A DNA stretch of 64,000 bases from Clostridiales bacterium (GCA_022791195.1 JAAVYP010000051.1:44703-108702); one strand, 5' to 3'. Shown: positions 18,818-27,085, numbered from the stretch's first letter. Made by a program: numbers and translations. The notes: generated from the letters alone by a model not told the origin.

Positions 18818-19875
18818 CTTCTCACTCCAAAATCTATGTACCATTTATCAGATTGTTCTAACTTTGTTAATGTGAAACTTGTTCGACCGTAGCGTACTAA
18901 CGTTTCTTGCATTACAGGTTCACCAACTCTTAATACACCAGCGTTTTCAAGACGGCCTTTTATCCATTTCCCTAAAATTTTCAGGTCATTTTCAGATCTG
19001 AAATTTTTGTTGTTTTGTCCACTAACTTTACATGAAAATTCCCATCCGTCATCAGTTATAACATTGAATACAGCATCCTCGGTTCTGCTAATCGGATAAT
19101 TCGGAAGTGTTGCAATTTCCGCAGGTACGATCAATTCAATCTCATACCAATGTCTTGGCATAATTAAACCATTTGGAGTTCTTCGTCCCTCACCAAAAAA
19201 TACATTCAAATTACTTCTAGGCGCAACCTCGTATCCTTTTAGCGGAATTTCAAAACTAATATTTGACAAATGATTTCGATAAGCTTCTACATCCGGTTCA
19301 GATATTTTCCGAACATGTTCATGATTTTCGAGAAGCGGATTGGCATTTCTGAATTCAGTTATTTCTATATTCGAAATAACATCCGATGATCTTGCGCTTA
19401 AATCAGCAATAAAACCATTAAGCTGATTAACTATAGGCTGCTGAGAAACAAGAATAGCCGATTCATAAGTTCTATGTCCGCTGTCTATGATGCTACTCAA
19501 ATTATTCGAGCCAATTATACCGCTTTGTGCATTACCGTTTTGATTCACAAATGAATAAAGTTTTCCGTGGTACATGAAAGTGGTTACCAAATTAACTTGT
19601 CCGATATGATTTTCTCGCAAAAATGAATTGAGATCGAGAGCGGCATTGTATTCCAAAGCTGTAAATTTTTCAAAATAATGCATGCCGATTGTAAGATTCA
19701 TTCTGTGAATATCATTTTGTTCTACCATTCCTTTTAATTCAGTTAAAGAATCAGCTGTTATATATCCAACCGAAATATCTGCACCTTTATGAATTTGTAA
19801 CTGTTCATAAAAACATTCAGAAAACTTTCTAAATGGCGTTCTCATTGGCGGTAAGTTCGAAAACAACAACTCCAT
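18814..19875 (-). CDS. PLD-family (NgoFVII-type) restriction endonuclease with a C-terminal B3-like DNA-binding domain
   Basis: Single HKD motif (YHGKLYSF...GIIGSNNLS). The C-terminal beta-rich domain (WYEIELIV...WEFSCKVSGQNNKNFRS) is laid out like BfiI/NgoAVII. Confidence 0.75.
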   Translation of the reverse strand: MELLFSNLPPMRTPFRKFSECFYEQLQIHKGADISVGYITADSLTELKGMVEQNDIHRMNLTIGMHYFEKFTALEYNAALDLNSFLRENHIGQVNLVTTFMYHGKLYSFVNQNGNAQSGIIGSNNLSSIIDSGHRTYESAILVSQQPIVNQLNGFIADLSARSSDVISNIEITEFRNANPLLENHEHVRKISEPDVEAYRNHLSNISFEIPLKGYEVAPRSNLNVFFGEGRRTPNGLIMPRHWYEIELIVPAEIATLPNYPISRTEDAVFNVITDDGWEFSCKVSGQNNKNFRSENDLKILGKWIKGRLENAGVLRVGEPVMQETLVRYGRTSFTLTKLEQSDKWYIDFGVRR

Positions 19876-19888
19876 AATATGATACCTC

Positions 19889-20992
19889 TTACTTCATTTC
19901 ATTATTAATGCGCTCCAAGCGTTCTTGTACGGATAATTCTTTTAGTTCCTCATATTCTTTTTCTAAATCAACACGCTTATATTCATCTGTAAATAGCGGC
20001 ATCAATCTCTTTGCAACAAGACGTACTCCTTCAGGCGGAACAGCATTACCAATTTGCCTGCGTACCTCTGTAATATTACCTGCAAATACGAAATCATCGG
20101 GAAAAGATTGTAATCTCGCTCTTTCTCGGTTTGTAAGAGGACGAGGCTCTGGATAATGATATCCCCATGTTCCTCCACCACCGGCAGCAATAATTGTTTT
20201 TGCAGGTTCATTTCGGTTTATACGGCGATAAACATGACTTATCATACCTTTGACATATAACGGACTGTCTTTAGGTATATCTGTAAAATTGCCTCCCTCC
20301 GGAATTAATTCTAACATTTGACGTGTTTTTTCTTTGCAGCCCAACGGCTCATTGTTAAAAGGTACTTTCTCAACATCTTTAAGTGCTTCGCCTGCGGTAA
20401 AATATGGTTTGTTTGTACTTGGACCGCATATTGGTTTTGGATGTACAAAATTAAAACCGGTGTCTTTTCGTATTCCAACTATCAAAACTCGTTCTCTAAA
20501 TTGAGGTACACCATATTCTGCAAAATTGTACAAATGCGGCTTGACAATATACCCAGGTGCAATTGTTTCGAAATCCTTGATAATAACATCGATAGCCTTT
20601 CCTTTGTTTGCAGTAAGCAATCCTTTAACATTTTCTGCAACAAAAGCCTTCGGCTTTTTTGCATCAACAAACTCCGCAAAATGACGGAACAAACCGCCGC
20701 GTTTTCCATTTAACCCCGGTTGCTTCCAGATAATTGAGAAGTCTTGACAAGGAAAACCTCCTAAAACCAAATCGCATTCCGGGATATCTTTGTCTTGGTA
20801 TGGGTTTATTTGAGTAATATCTCCGTGAACAATTACATTTCCAAAATAATTAGCAAATGATTGACAAGCCCATTCAGAAAAGTCGTTTGCCCATACTGTA
20901 TCATATCCTTCCAAATGAAATCCAAGATCTAATCCTCCGCAGCCGGAAAACAAAGAAATAACTTTTGGTTTGTTATTGTTGCTTATAACCAT
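19889..20992 (-). CDS. DNA (cytosine-5) methyltransferase
   Basis: Motif I FSGCGGLDLGF, IV GGFPCQDFS, VI ENVKGL, VIII QFRERVLIVG, X GNAVPP. Confidence 0.92.
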   Translation of the reverse strand: MVISNNNKPKVISLFSGCGGLDLGFHLEGYDTVWANDFSEWACQSFANYFGNVIVHGDITQINPYQDKDIPECDLVLGGFPCQDFSIIWKQPGLNGKRGGLFRHFAEFVDAKKPKAFVAENVKGLLTANKGKAIDVIIKDFETIAPGYIVKPHLYNFAEYGVPQFRERVLIVGIRKDTGFNFVHPKPICGPSTNKPYFTAGEALKDVEKVPFNNEPLGCKEKTRQMLELIPEGGNFTDIPKDSPLYVKGMISHVYRRINRNEPAKTIIAAGGGGTWGYHYPEPRPLTNRERARLQSFPDDFVFAGNITEVRRQIGNAVPPEGVRLVAKRLMPLFTDEYKRVDLEKEYEELKELSVQERLERINNEMK

Positions 20993-20993
20993 T

Positions 20994-21425
20994 TTAAATA
21001 CCTCTTCCTGTTTGTAAAGATCTTTCTATTAACTCGACACATCTATCAGTTTCTTTTAATATTTCAGTTTCCCAAAATCTATGAACAATCCAGCCTTGTT
21101 CTTCTAAGGTCTGAGTCACTTCTATATCACGTTCAATGTTGCGCTTGATTTTTTGTTTCCAATATGAAGAATTTGTTCCTATTCGATCAACGCAAGCATG
21201 ATAATCCTTTCCGTGCCAAAATTCACTATCGCAAAACACGGCCACTCTTTTACTGATAAAAACTATATCTGGTTTTCCGATAAGTTTTTTGTAGTTTTTT
21301 CTATATCTATAGCCTTTTGCCCATAGCGCCTTTCGCAGAACAACTTCGATTTTACTATCTTTTGACCGAATTGCTTGCATATTCTTTTTTCTCTGCTCAG
21401 GAGTGTGATTATCCACATTAATCAC
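20994..21425 (-). CDS. vsr: Very-short-patch repair endonuclease
   Basis: MQAIRSKDSKIE..., GKPDIVF, FCDSEFWHG. The stop is 1 nt from the methyltransferase start. Confidence 0.88.
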   Translation of the reverse strand: MINVDNHTPEQRKKNMQAIRSKDSKIEVVLRKALWAKGYRYRKNYKKLIGKPDIVFISKRVAVFCDSEFWHGKDYHACVDRIGTNSSYWKQKIKRNIERDIEVTQTLEEQGWIVHRFWETEILKETDRCVELIERSLQTGRGI

Positions 21426-21476
21426 CCCCTTACATTAACTATAGTATCACAACTGATGTCCCATAAAACGTACTTA

Positions 21477-22343
21477 CTATATTTTGGAAAAATATTCTTC
21501 ATCAATTTCATAGTCCTTTATCTCTCTTACACCAATACCGTATTCAGCCAACTTAGTCATAAACTCTTCGCCGTCAATTAAATCTATTTGCTGTTTTCCA
21601 GGATTGCTAGCTTCTTCGATAGCTGGCTTCGAAAAAGATCCTGTTGTTATAAAAACTCCTTTTTCAATATCAGTTGTCAGAGAACCGCGAAAATCTCTTA
21701 TCTCGGCAGCACCAACAGACCCTTGATAACGCTTGCACTGAAACGCTATATTAAAACTAAAAATACCGTTAATTCTTAATTTTCCAGTTCCGTCAATGCC
21801 TCCGTCTCCGGATTTTTTAGTAACATGTACATCATCGAATCCACATTCTCTTAAGAGTCTTTGAGAAAGCTTTTCAAAAGAATATGGATTCATTTGAATT
21901 AATACTTCATATAACTTTTTTCGCCACGGTTTAATTTCATCAGGTAAATCTAAGCCACTATTTTCGAGTTGGTCATCTGAAATTTCCGGAAAACTATTAG
22001 GCTTGGCTCTTTGATGAAAATTCTTTTGAATATATAACCCGTCAACAGACTTTTTATTTGAAAAATTTGGTGTTATTGTCCAAACACTTCTTGCGCTATT
22101 GGCAATTGCACCATAGTTTTTTAACAGTGTTCTAGCCCATGCTAATCTATAATGAATTTCAGACAAACTTGTACTGTTAAGGTGAGGAATATCTAAAATT
22201 TCATCTGACAATTTTAAGCCTGAAATTGCTTTTGCGTTGATTTCATCGTTTTTCCCCGAACCTCCAAGATCTCTTAGCGCAACATATGTTGCCTCCACAA
22301 GCTGAGCATATGTCGGCATCTGTATATTTTCGTTTTGTTTCAT
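21477..22343 (-). CDS. mrr: Mrr-family Type IV (modification-dependent) restriction endonuclease
   Basis: N-terminal Mrr_N-like winged helix; C-terminal catalytic core GDGGIDG...QCKRY. Confidence 0.85.
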   Translation of the reverse strand: MKQNENIQMPTYAQLVEATYVALRDLGGSGKNDEINAKAISGLKLSDEILDIPHLNSTSLSEIHYRLAWARTLLKNYGAIANSARSVWTITPNFSNKKSVDGLYIQKNFHQRAKPNSFPEISDDQLENSGLDLPDEIKPWRKKLYEVLIQMNPYSFEKLSQRLLRECGFDDVHVTKKSGDGGIDGTGKLRINGIFSFNIAFQCKRYQGSVGAAEIRDFRGSLTTDIEKGVFITTGSFSKPAIEEASNPGKQQIDLIDGEEFMTKLAEYGIGVREIKDYEIDEEYFSKI

Positions 22344-22349
22344 TTACAA

Positions 22350-22571
22350 CTACCTCGCAATATTCTTGTTTGAAACTATTTCTACGATATCATCCATTTT
22401 ACAATCAAGTGCGGTACATATCTTTACCAGTACATCGCTGCTGACAACAGCGCCGTCCTTTCCCATCTTAGTGATGGTAGCGATGCTGATGCCGGCTTTT
22501 TCGGCGAGTTCTTTCTTTTTCATATCACGGTCGATCAAAAGCTTGAACAATTTTTTATAGCTTGCGGCCAT
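22350..22571 (-). CDS. XRE/Cro-type HTH regulator (73 aa), first gene of the defence operon
   Basis: MKKKELAEKAGISIATITKMGKDG. The stop is 6 nt from the mrr start. Confidence 0.8.
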   Translation of the reverse strand: MAASYKKLFKLLIDRDMKKKELAEKAGISIATITKMGKDGAVVSSDVLVKICTALDCKMDDIVEIVSNKNIAR

Positions 22572-22623
22572 TGTATTACACCTCGTAAGTCGTTATAGTC
22601 AGTGCATTGTATCACTAATATAT

Positions 22624-22652
22624 AGCATACCACACACTCCGTTGAATTTCAA
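22624..22652 (-). promoter_or_regulatory. Promoter of the HTH-mrr-vsr-MTase-R-H operon, with a palindrome over the -35
   Basis: On the minus strand: TTGAAA, 17 nt, TATGCT with an upstream TG. The perfect palindrome GTTGAATTTCAAC (22641-22653) overlaps the -35. Confidence 0.5.
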
Positions 22653-22742
22653 CAGCTTTCGGCAGATAAATCCTGCGATTGCAGTATTTATCGACTTTTT
22701 GTTGCAAATACACCATTCCATTTCTTGTACTTTCATATTCCC

Positions 22743-22891
22743 TTTTCTTTGTCTACTGTGTCGCATATTGTGACAGGGTACTGAAAACAGTCACCCTGTC
22801 ATTTTTCTTTTCCCGCTTTGATGTGAGCCTTGATCTGCACAATCATTTCCGCAAGTTTTTCTTCACACCCCTCTTGCGTCTTGGCGTAAAT
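22743..22891. repeat. Direct repeat copy B
   Basis: Aligns with 12095-12245. The hairpin is retained with a compensatory change (GAG/CTC in copy A vs GGG/CCC in copy B). Confidence 0.8.
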
Positions 22892-22895
22892 TTTT
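22799..22895 (-). pseudogene. 3'-terminal remnant (about 30 codons) of a second, related tyrosine recombinase
   Basis: Translates to IYAKTQEGCEEKLAEMIVQIKAHIKAGKEK*, versus IYAKTREECEEKLAGMIVQVKAQIKAEKEKMTE* in the intact gene. Nothing homologous lies upstream of it. Confidence 0.75.
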
Positions 22896-22901
22896 ATTTC
22901 C

Positions 22902-23548
22902 CTAATATGTTATCCGGTGTGAAATAAACACTGCTGAGCATCCTACGGTCAGCTCGTGATAGCTCTGATAAATCTCGCTCTCCGCAATCAGGTCAAGCGC
23001 TGCGGTGGGCTCATCGAGAATTAACACAGGCGCATCCTTATACAGCGCACGGGCAAGTATCAGGCGCTGGGGCTGTCCGCCTGAAAGTTCTATGCCGTCC
23101 ACGTGTACCGTCCTGCCGAGATAATGATCATAACCGTTCATAAACATGAACACCCAATTCACAAAGTCGGTGATAGCATGAAAGTACAATAAAAAACTCA
23201 GATACCGCCCAGCCGTCATCGTGACGAGATACGCATAAGATATACCGTTGCGGAGCAGGAAAAGCAACTGGTCTAAAACTTTGACCGCTAAATACCGCGC
23301 CTTTATCCTGCGGAAAAATGCGCGGTATAACCCAATCGTGCGTTCATAAATGCCCATAAGCCATGCCTGCAAACCAAAGATGCGAATATCCTTCGCCATC
23401 GCAATATTTTGTGAACATTCGAGCACATATCGTAACTCGCCCCTTCTGCATTCTGCCGATACTCCCAGTCATTTACCCGCTACGCAAACGAAAAAATATG
23501 TACCGTATTCTGCCACAGATTATATTTAGATATTTTTAGATTTTTCAC
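22902..23548 (-). pseudogene. Decayed ABC exporter (fused TMD-NBD type): N-terminal 22 codons, stop, internal deletions, truncated C-terminus
   Basis: AAGGAGG plus GTG gives MKNLKISKYNLWQNTVHIFSFA*. A later frame reads ...KDIRIFGLQ...LSGGQPQRLILARAL...LILDEPTAALD...FISHR. There is no Walker A, only about 200 codons remain where a full-length fused exporter would be several-fold longer, and it ends at the junction with the recombinase remnant. Confidence 0.75.
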
Positions 23549-23649
23549 TATACCTCCTTTGTAAACTTTTTTATATCGAACGAAATAACACATTAACATA
23601 AAGTTTATAATGCTCAATTCATTAAATTCATATAATTCGCAGCGATACT

Positions 23650-25335
23650 TTATTTTAAGTTAGATTCATTTTCGAATTTTCTTAATACAACGCGGTGATT
23701 ATCTGTATCTGATATAAAAAACATACCATCTATTCCTGGACACAGCCAACGAGGTATTGATAATTTTTTATCATCCAAACCGCGTCCTTCTCCGAAAATA
23801 TATTTTATATGACTTGCATCGTGATTGCAAACATAGATCTGTGAAGTACCGCTATTAACAATATATAAATATTCATCATTCATCAACATCATACGCGGCT
23901 TTTTAAGACATACTTCTTCGTTTTTATACATAAACTTTTGTATAACAGTAACCTCGTTGTCCTGAATAAGCAGCCCACGATTATTGCCTGTATCAGATAT
24001 TAAGATTCGATTGCCGCTTAAAAATTGGGCGTGATGAATATCTCTCATATGTAACTGCAAATCCTGCGTCGACCAAATTATCTCTTCAGTATTTATATCG
24101 AATAAAATCACCTCTGTTTCAAAGGCTATTAACATAATATTCCAATGTAAATCAACAGCTTGTATCCATTGATTTGGCAAAAAGTTTGATGGAATATCGA
24201 TCTTTTGTTTTATTTTATAATACTGATCCAGAATAACGATATTTCGCAAAACACTGTTTGCAACGATTAAATCATTCTCCAACCACTTAACACAGCGGGG
24301 CCAGTGCAAACCGGGAATGACAGATTCATTAATCGTTTCAATGATTTCACCCTCCATATTGAAAACAAGTATTTGATCATGATATGTATCTGCCACAGCT
24401 AAAAGTTGCTTTGACGGCGAGTAATCACACGCCCGGGGAAAATTCATTTTTGATTCGATTATGACAGGCCGGCCATAATAATCTTCCACATTTTTACCAT
24501 CATCCGTTACTTTTCTTATATATATATTGGCGCCTTTACACATGACAACAAAGAGACTGTCATTGATAAATACAGCTTGCGGCGCCCACAAAAAAGAAGT
24601 GTCACAACCAACGTGATTTGTCACTCCAAATTGATGAACTATTTTATTCGTAAAGTAATCTACTATAATAATTCGGTGAGATCTTTGTTCCGAAATCACC
24701 ACAAAATCCCCTTTTTTGATAGCATTTACAGGTACACTTAATTGATTTGGTAAACTTCCGGGCGTATTGAATTCACCATATTGCCAGTATATATGCAGTG
24801 AACTGTCAATGAGACGAACCGTACTATTTGAACTATCCGTAATTAAAAATCTATCATCAAGTTTTTGTACAAAATACGGTTCAATTGCATGAATCATTAG
24901 TAAGTCTAAATCCAGTGTAATGCCAAAGTCGTCTTTTGAGATAACCAATAATCGCGCCGGCTGCATAGTTATTATTATTTCATTTTCGGTTTCAGTCAAA
25001 AAAAGAGGTTTGTTATTTTTGTATTTCTCAAAAATAATTGTTCGCAATAATGCATTGTTCTGGTATACGACCAGTTTTAACGGCTTACTGCACAAATAAT
25101 ATATCTGATTATCAAAACATGATTCAAGTTGTGCAACTATATTTTTTTCATTTGAAGCTGTGCTCTCAACATACCCTTTATCAATATGTATAGTGTTACT
25201 GAAACCATGAGCAAATTCTTCGCGAAAAACAAATTGATTTTTACTATTTACTCCACAGAATTTTATATATCCATTAAACTGTTCTTTCACCTTCTGAACT
25301 GGATATACAACACCAAAATCACATTCTAACATCAT
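23650..25335 (-). CDS. Cytoplasmic NHL-repeat beta-propeller protein (561 aa) with an unassigned N-terminal region of about 150 aa
   Basis: NHL-like blades (VADTYHDQILVF, ISDTGNNRGLLI, FISDTDNHRVVL). No signal peptide or TM helix. Intact long ORF in very AT-rich DNA. Confidence 0.7.
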   Translation of the reverse strand: MMLECDFGVVYPVQKVKEQFNGYIKFCGVNSKNQFVFREEFAHGFSNTIHIDKGYVESTASNEKNIVAQLESCFDNQIYYLCSKPLKLVVYQNNALLRTIIFEKYKNNKPLFLTETENEIIITMQPARLLVISKDDFGITLDLDLLMIHAIEPYFVQKLDDRFLITDSSNSTVRLIDSSLHIYWQYGEFNTPGSLPNQLSVPVNAIKKGDFVVISEQRSHRIIIVDYFTNKIVHQFGVTNHVGCDTSFLWAPQAVFINDSLFVVMCKGANIYIRKVTDDGKNVEDYYGRPVIIESKMNFPRACDYSPSKQLLAVADTYHDQILVFNMEGEIIETINESVIPGLHWPRCVKWLENDLIVANSVLRNIVILDQYYKIKQKIDIPSNFLPNQWIQAVDLHWNIMLIAFETEVILFDINTEEIIWSTQDLQLHMRDIHHAQFLSGNRILISDTGNNRGLLIQDNEVTVIQKFMYKNEEVCLKKPRMMLMNDEYLYIVNSGTSQIYVCNHDASHIKYIFGEGRGLDDKKLSIPRWLCPGIDGMFFISDTDNHRVVLRKFENESNLK

Positions 25336-25559
25336 TTCCCCACACTCCTATCCAATTTTGATTTTGTCTTATTAGCGCAAATAAGACAGCGCCCCACTTT
25401 CATTAAGGCGCCTCTTACTTTTTGATAATTAAGATACTCTGCAAAACTTTTAATTTTATCAACAAACACGATCCCGTCTAAAGTGTTAAGACATACTTTA
25501 TTTGAATCAAATGAGATTACAGTTGCAAACATAAAATCACTTATTAACTCTCCAATCAC
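25332..25559 (-). CDS. Small hypothetical protein (66-75 aa), translationally coupled to the NHL gene
   Basis: The stop overlaps the NHL start as ATGA. Start is either GTG at 25559 or ATG at 25532. No recognisable motif. Confidence 0.45.
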   Translation of the reverse strand: MIGELISDFMFATVISFDSNKVCLNTLDGIVFVDKIKSFAEYLNYQKVRGALMKVGRCLICANKTKSKLDRSVGK

Positions 25560-25940
25560 TTCTATATTTTAAAATTCAACACTTCACAAAGACTCTTGAT
25601 CCATAAGTTTTTTTGATTAAACAAAACATCCATGCGTTAAGTGGGGGTTCAGGTGGGAAACATGTTAACGCATTTGCACTTTAAAAATAAATCTGTATAT
25701 TTTTCTAATAATAGATTACTATATTTTAGTGTATTTGTCAACAACTTTTTTGTTTTTAGTCACAAAAAATACATTTTTATAAGTATATTTTTCACAAAAC
25801 CGTATCATTTGATACAATGATTGTTTTTCGACAAAATTCCCGTAAATCGATTTCTTCGTGTAATTAAATTTAGATATCGCCAAACTGTCTAATAAAAATA
25901 AGATTAAATCTATATATTATTTTATGATGGTTCCGAAAAT

Positions 25941-25978
25941 ACAAAAAGGCAGAGAGTAAAAACTCTCTGCCTTTTGTT
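25941..25978 (-). terminator. Intrinsic terminator of the MBL hydrolase gene
   Basis: Stem AAGGCAGAGAG / CTCTCTGCCTT followed on the minus strand by TTTTTGTATTTT. Confidence 0.7.
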
Positions 25979-25992
25979 CGATCTGATGATTA

Positions 25993-26754
25993 TCATAATT
26001 CAATGGTCTGCCCGTCGTGGGCTGCTATAATTGGATGGGAGAAAATAGCTTTTGCGGCGGCCAGCTCTTCTTCCAAATGATCCTGCATCCACGGTCCATG
26101 ATGGGTAAAGAGTAATGTGCCCACCGTTTTGCCGCCTTCCTCGACCGTGCGAGCCACATCCGCTGCGCGATGATGGCCTGTCTCGGTAATGAGAATATCG
26201 CATGGCAGCATCGATTCATAATCGGCATATCCTCGTGTATCGCCCGTATAAACAATTCGCTTGCCTTCTGCTTCAATCAAAAAGCCAAATGAACGCCAGC
26301 CATCAGCATTCTTTTCCAAATGATGATTGTGCAGTGCGCTGACTTTTATATCATCGTCACATAATATGCCATCCGTCATTTTGTGCGGAAAAATCTCCCA
26401 AGATTTTTCAAAATTTTCTTCCGTATGTTTTAAGATTTCTTCTAAATGATTCCATACAGCTGGTTCAGGCAAGTATAAATCAACATCACATGCTTCTCTT
26501 GATTCGACCCAACAACACTTGCGGATATTCCAAAACAAATTGCCAAGGCCGCCTATATGATCCATATGTGAATGGGATATAAAAATCTTTCGGGTACGCA
26601 AAAGATCAACACCCATCAGATAAGCGGTATACGAACAATTTTCCCCCGCGTCAAACCAATAAAAACCGTTTTGCGTTTCGAGTGCAAACGAACAATGATG
26701 CCGTCCTGGCCTTGGTTCTGTACCAGAACATGAACCAAAAATATGAAGCTTCAT
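25993..26754 (-). CDS. MBL-fold metallo-hydrolase
   Basis: Intact HSHMDHIGG motif and downstream His/Asp ligands (TGDT, ETGHH). Confidence 0.8.
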   Translation of the reverse strand: MKLHIFGSCSGTEPRPGRHHCSFALETQNGFYWFDAGENCSYTAYLMGVDLLRTRKIFISHSHMDHIGGLGNLFWNIRKCCWVESREACDVDLYLPEPAVWNHLEEILKHTEENFEKSWEIFPHKMTDGILCDDDIKVSALHNHHLEKNADGWRSFGFLIEAEGKRIVYTGDTRGYADYESMLPCDILITETGHHRAADVARTVEEGGKTVGTLLFTHHGPWMQDHLEEELAAAKAIFSHPIIAAHDGQTIEL

Positions 26755-27085
26755 ATTACTTTCTCCTTTGTTAAATCAAAATATGGTATGGACAAAAATG
26801 CTGTCTTGTTTTTTCCTTTTTATTACTTATAAAAAATACAAAATGACGAATATCTTTATTATATTTTATAATCCGTCCTGTGTCAATTGCAAAATAACAT
26901 AGCACGGCTGTACCCGGCCTGCAAACTCAAATGTACTATCTTTATATGCATATCGTCTTGTTTCTACAACGCTGCGTTGAGTTACTCTTATACAAACCTC
27001 AAACAAGCGTTTATTGAAATAAACAGAGAAATATGCTACAGTAAGGACAAGGGATCCCAGCCTCATTTCAGAAAGGATAAAAGAT

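Larger units (their letters stand above)
12095..22895 (-). mobile_element. Integrative island (about 10.8 kb) beside tRNA-Pro: recombination/regulation module plus restriction/defence cargo
   Basis: Two recombinases, Xis, HTH genes and defence genes are all co-directional. The island is bracketed by the imperfect direct repeat. Exact att sites are not identified. Confidence 0.6.

Noticed and set aside
25565-25636. 23-codon minus-strand ORF (MDVLFNQKNLWIKSLCEVLNFKI) as a precursor peptide for the NHL/ABC module
   Set aside because: It has no Shine-Dalgarno sequence and no leader-like motif (such as GG). Short ORFs are expected by chance, so I am not reporting it as a gene.
11776-26000. Duplicated 3' end of tRNA-Pro as attR of the island
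   Set aside because: I could not find a second copy of GGTTCGAATCCTGTCACTCCGACCA or a substantial part of it. The island borders therefore rest on the recombinase-end repeat only.
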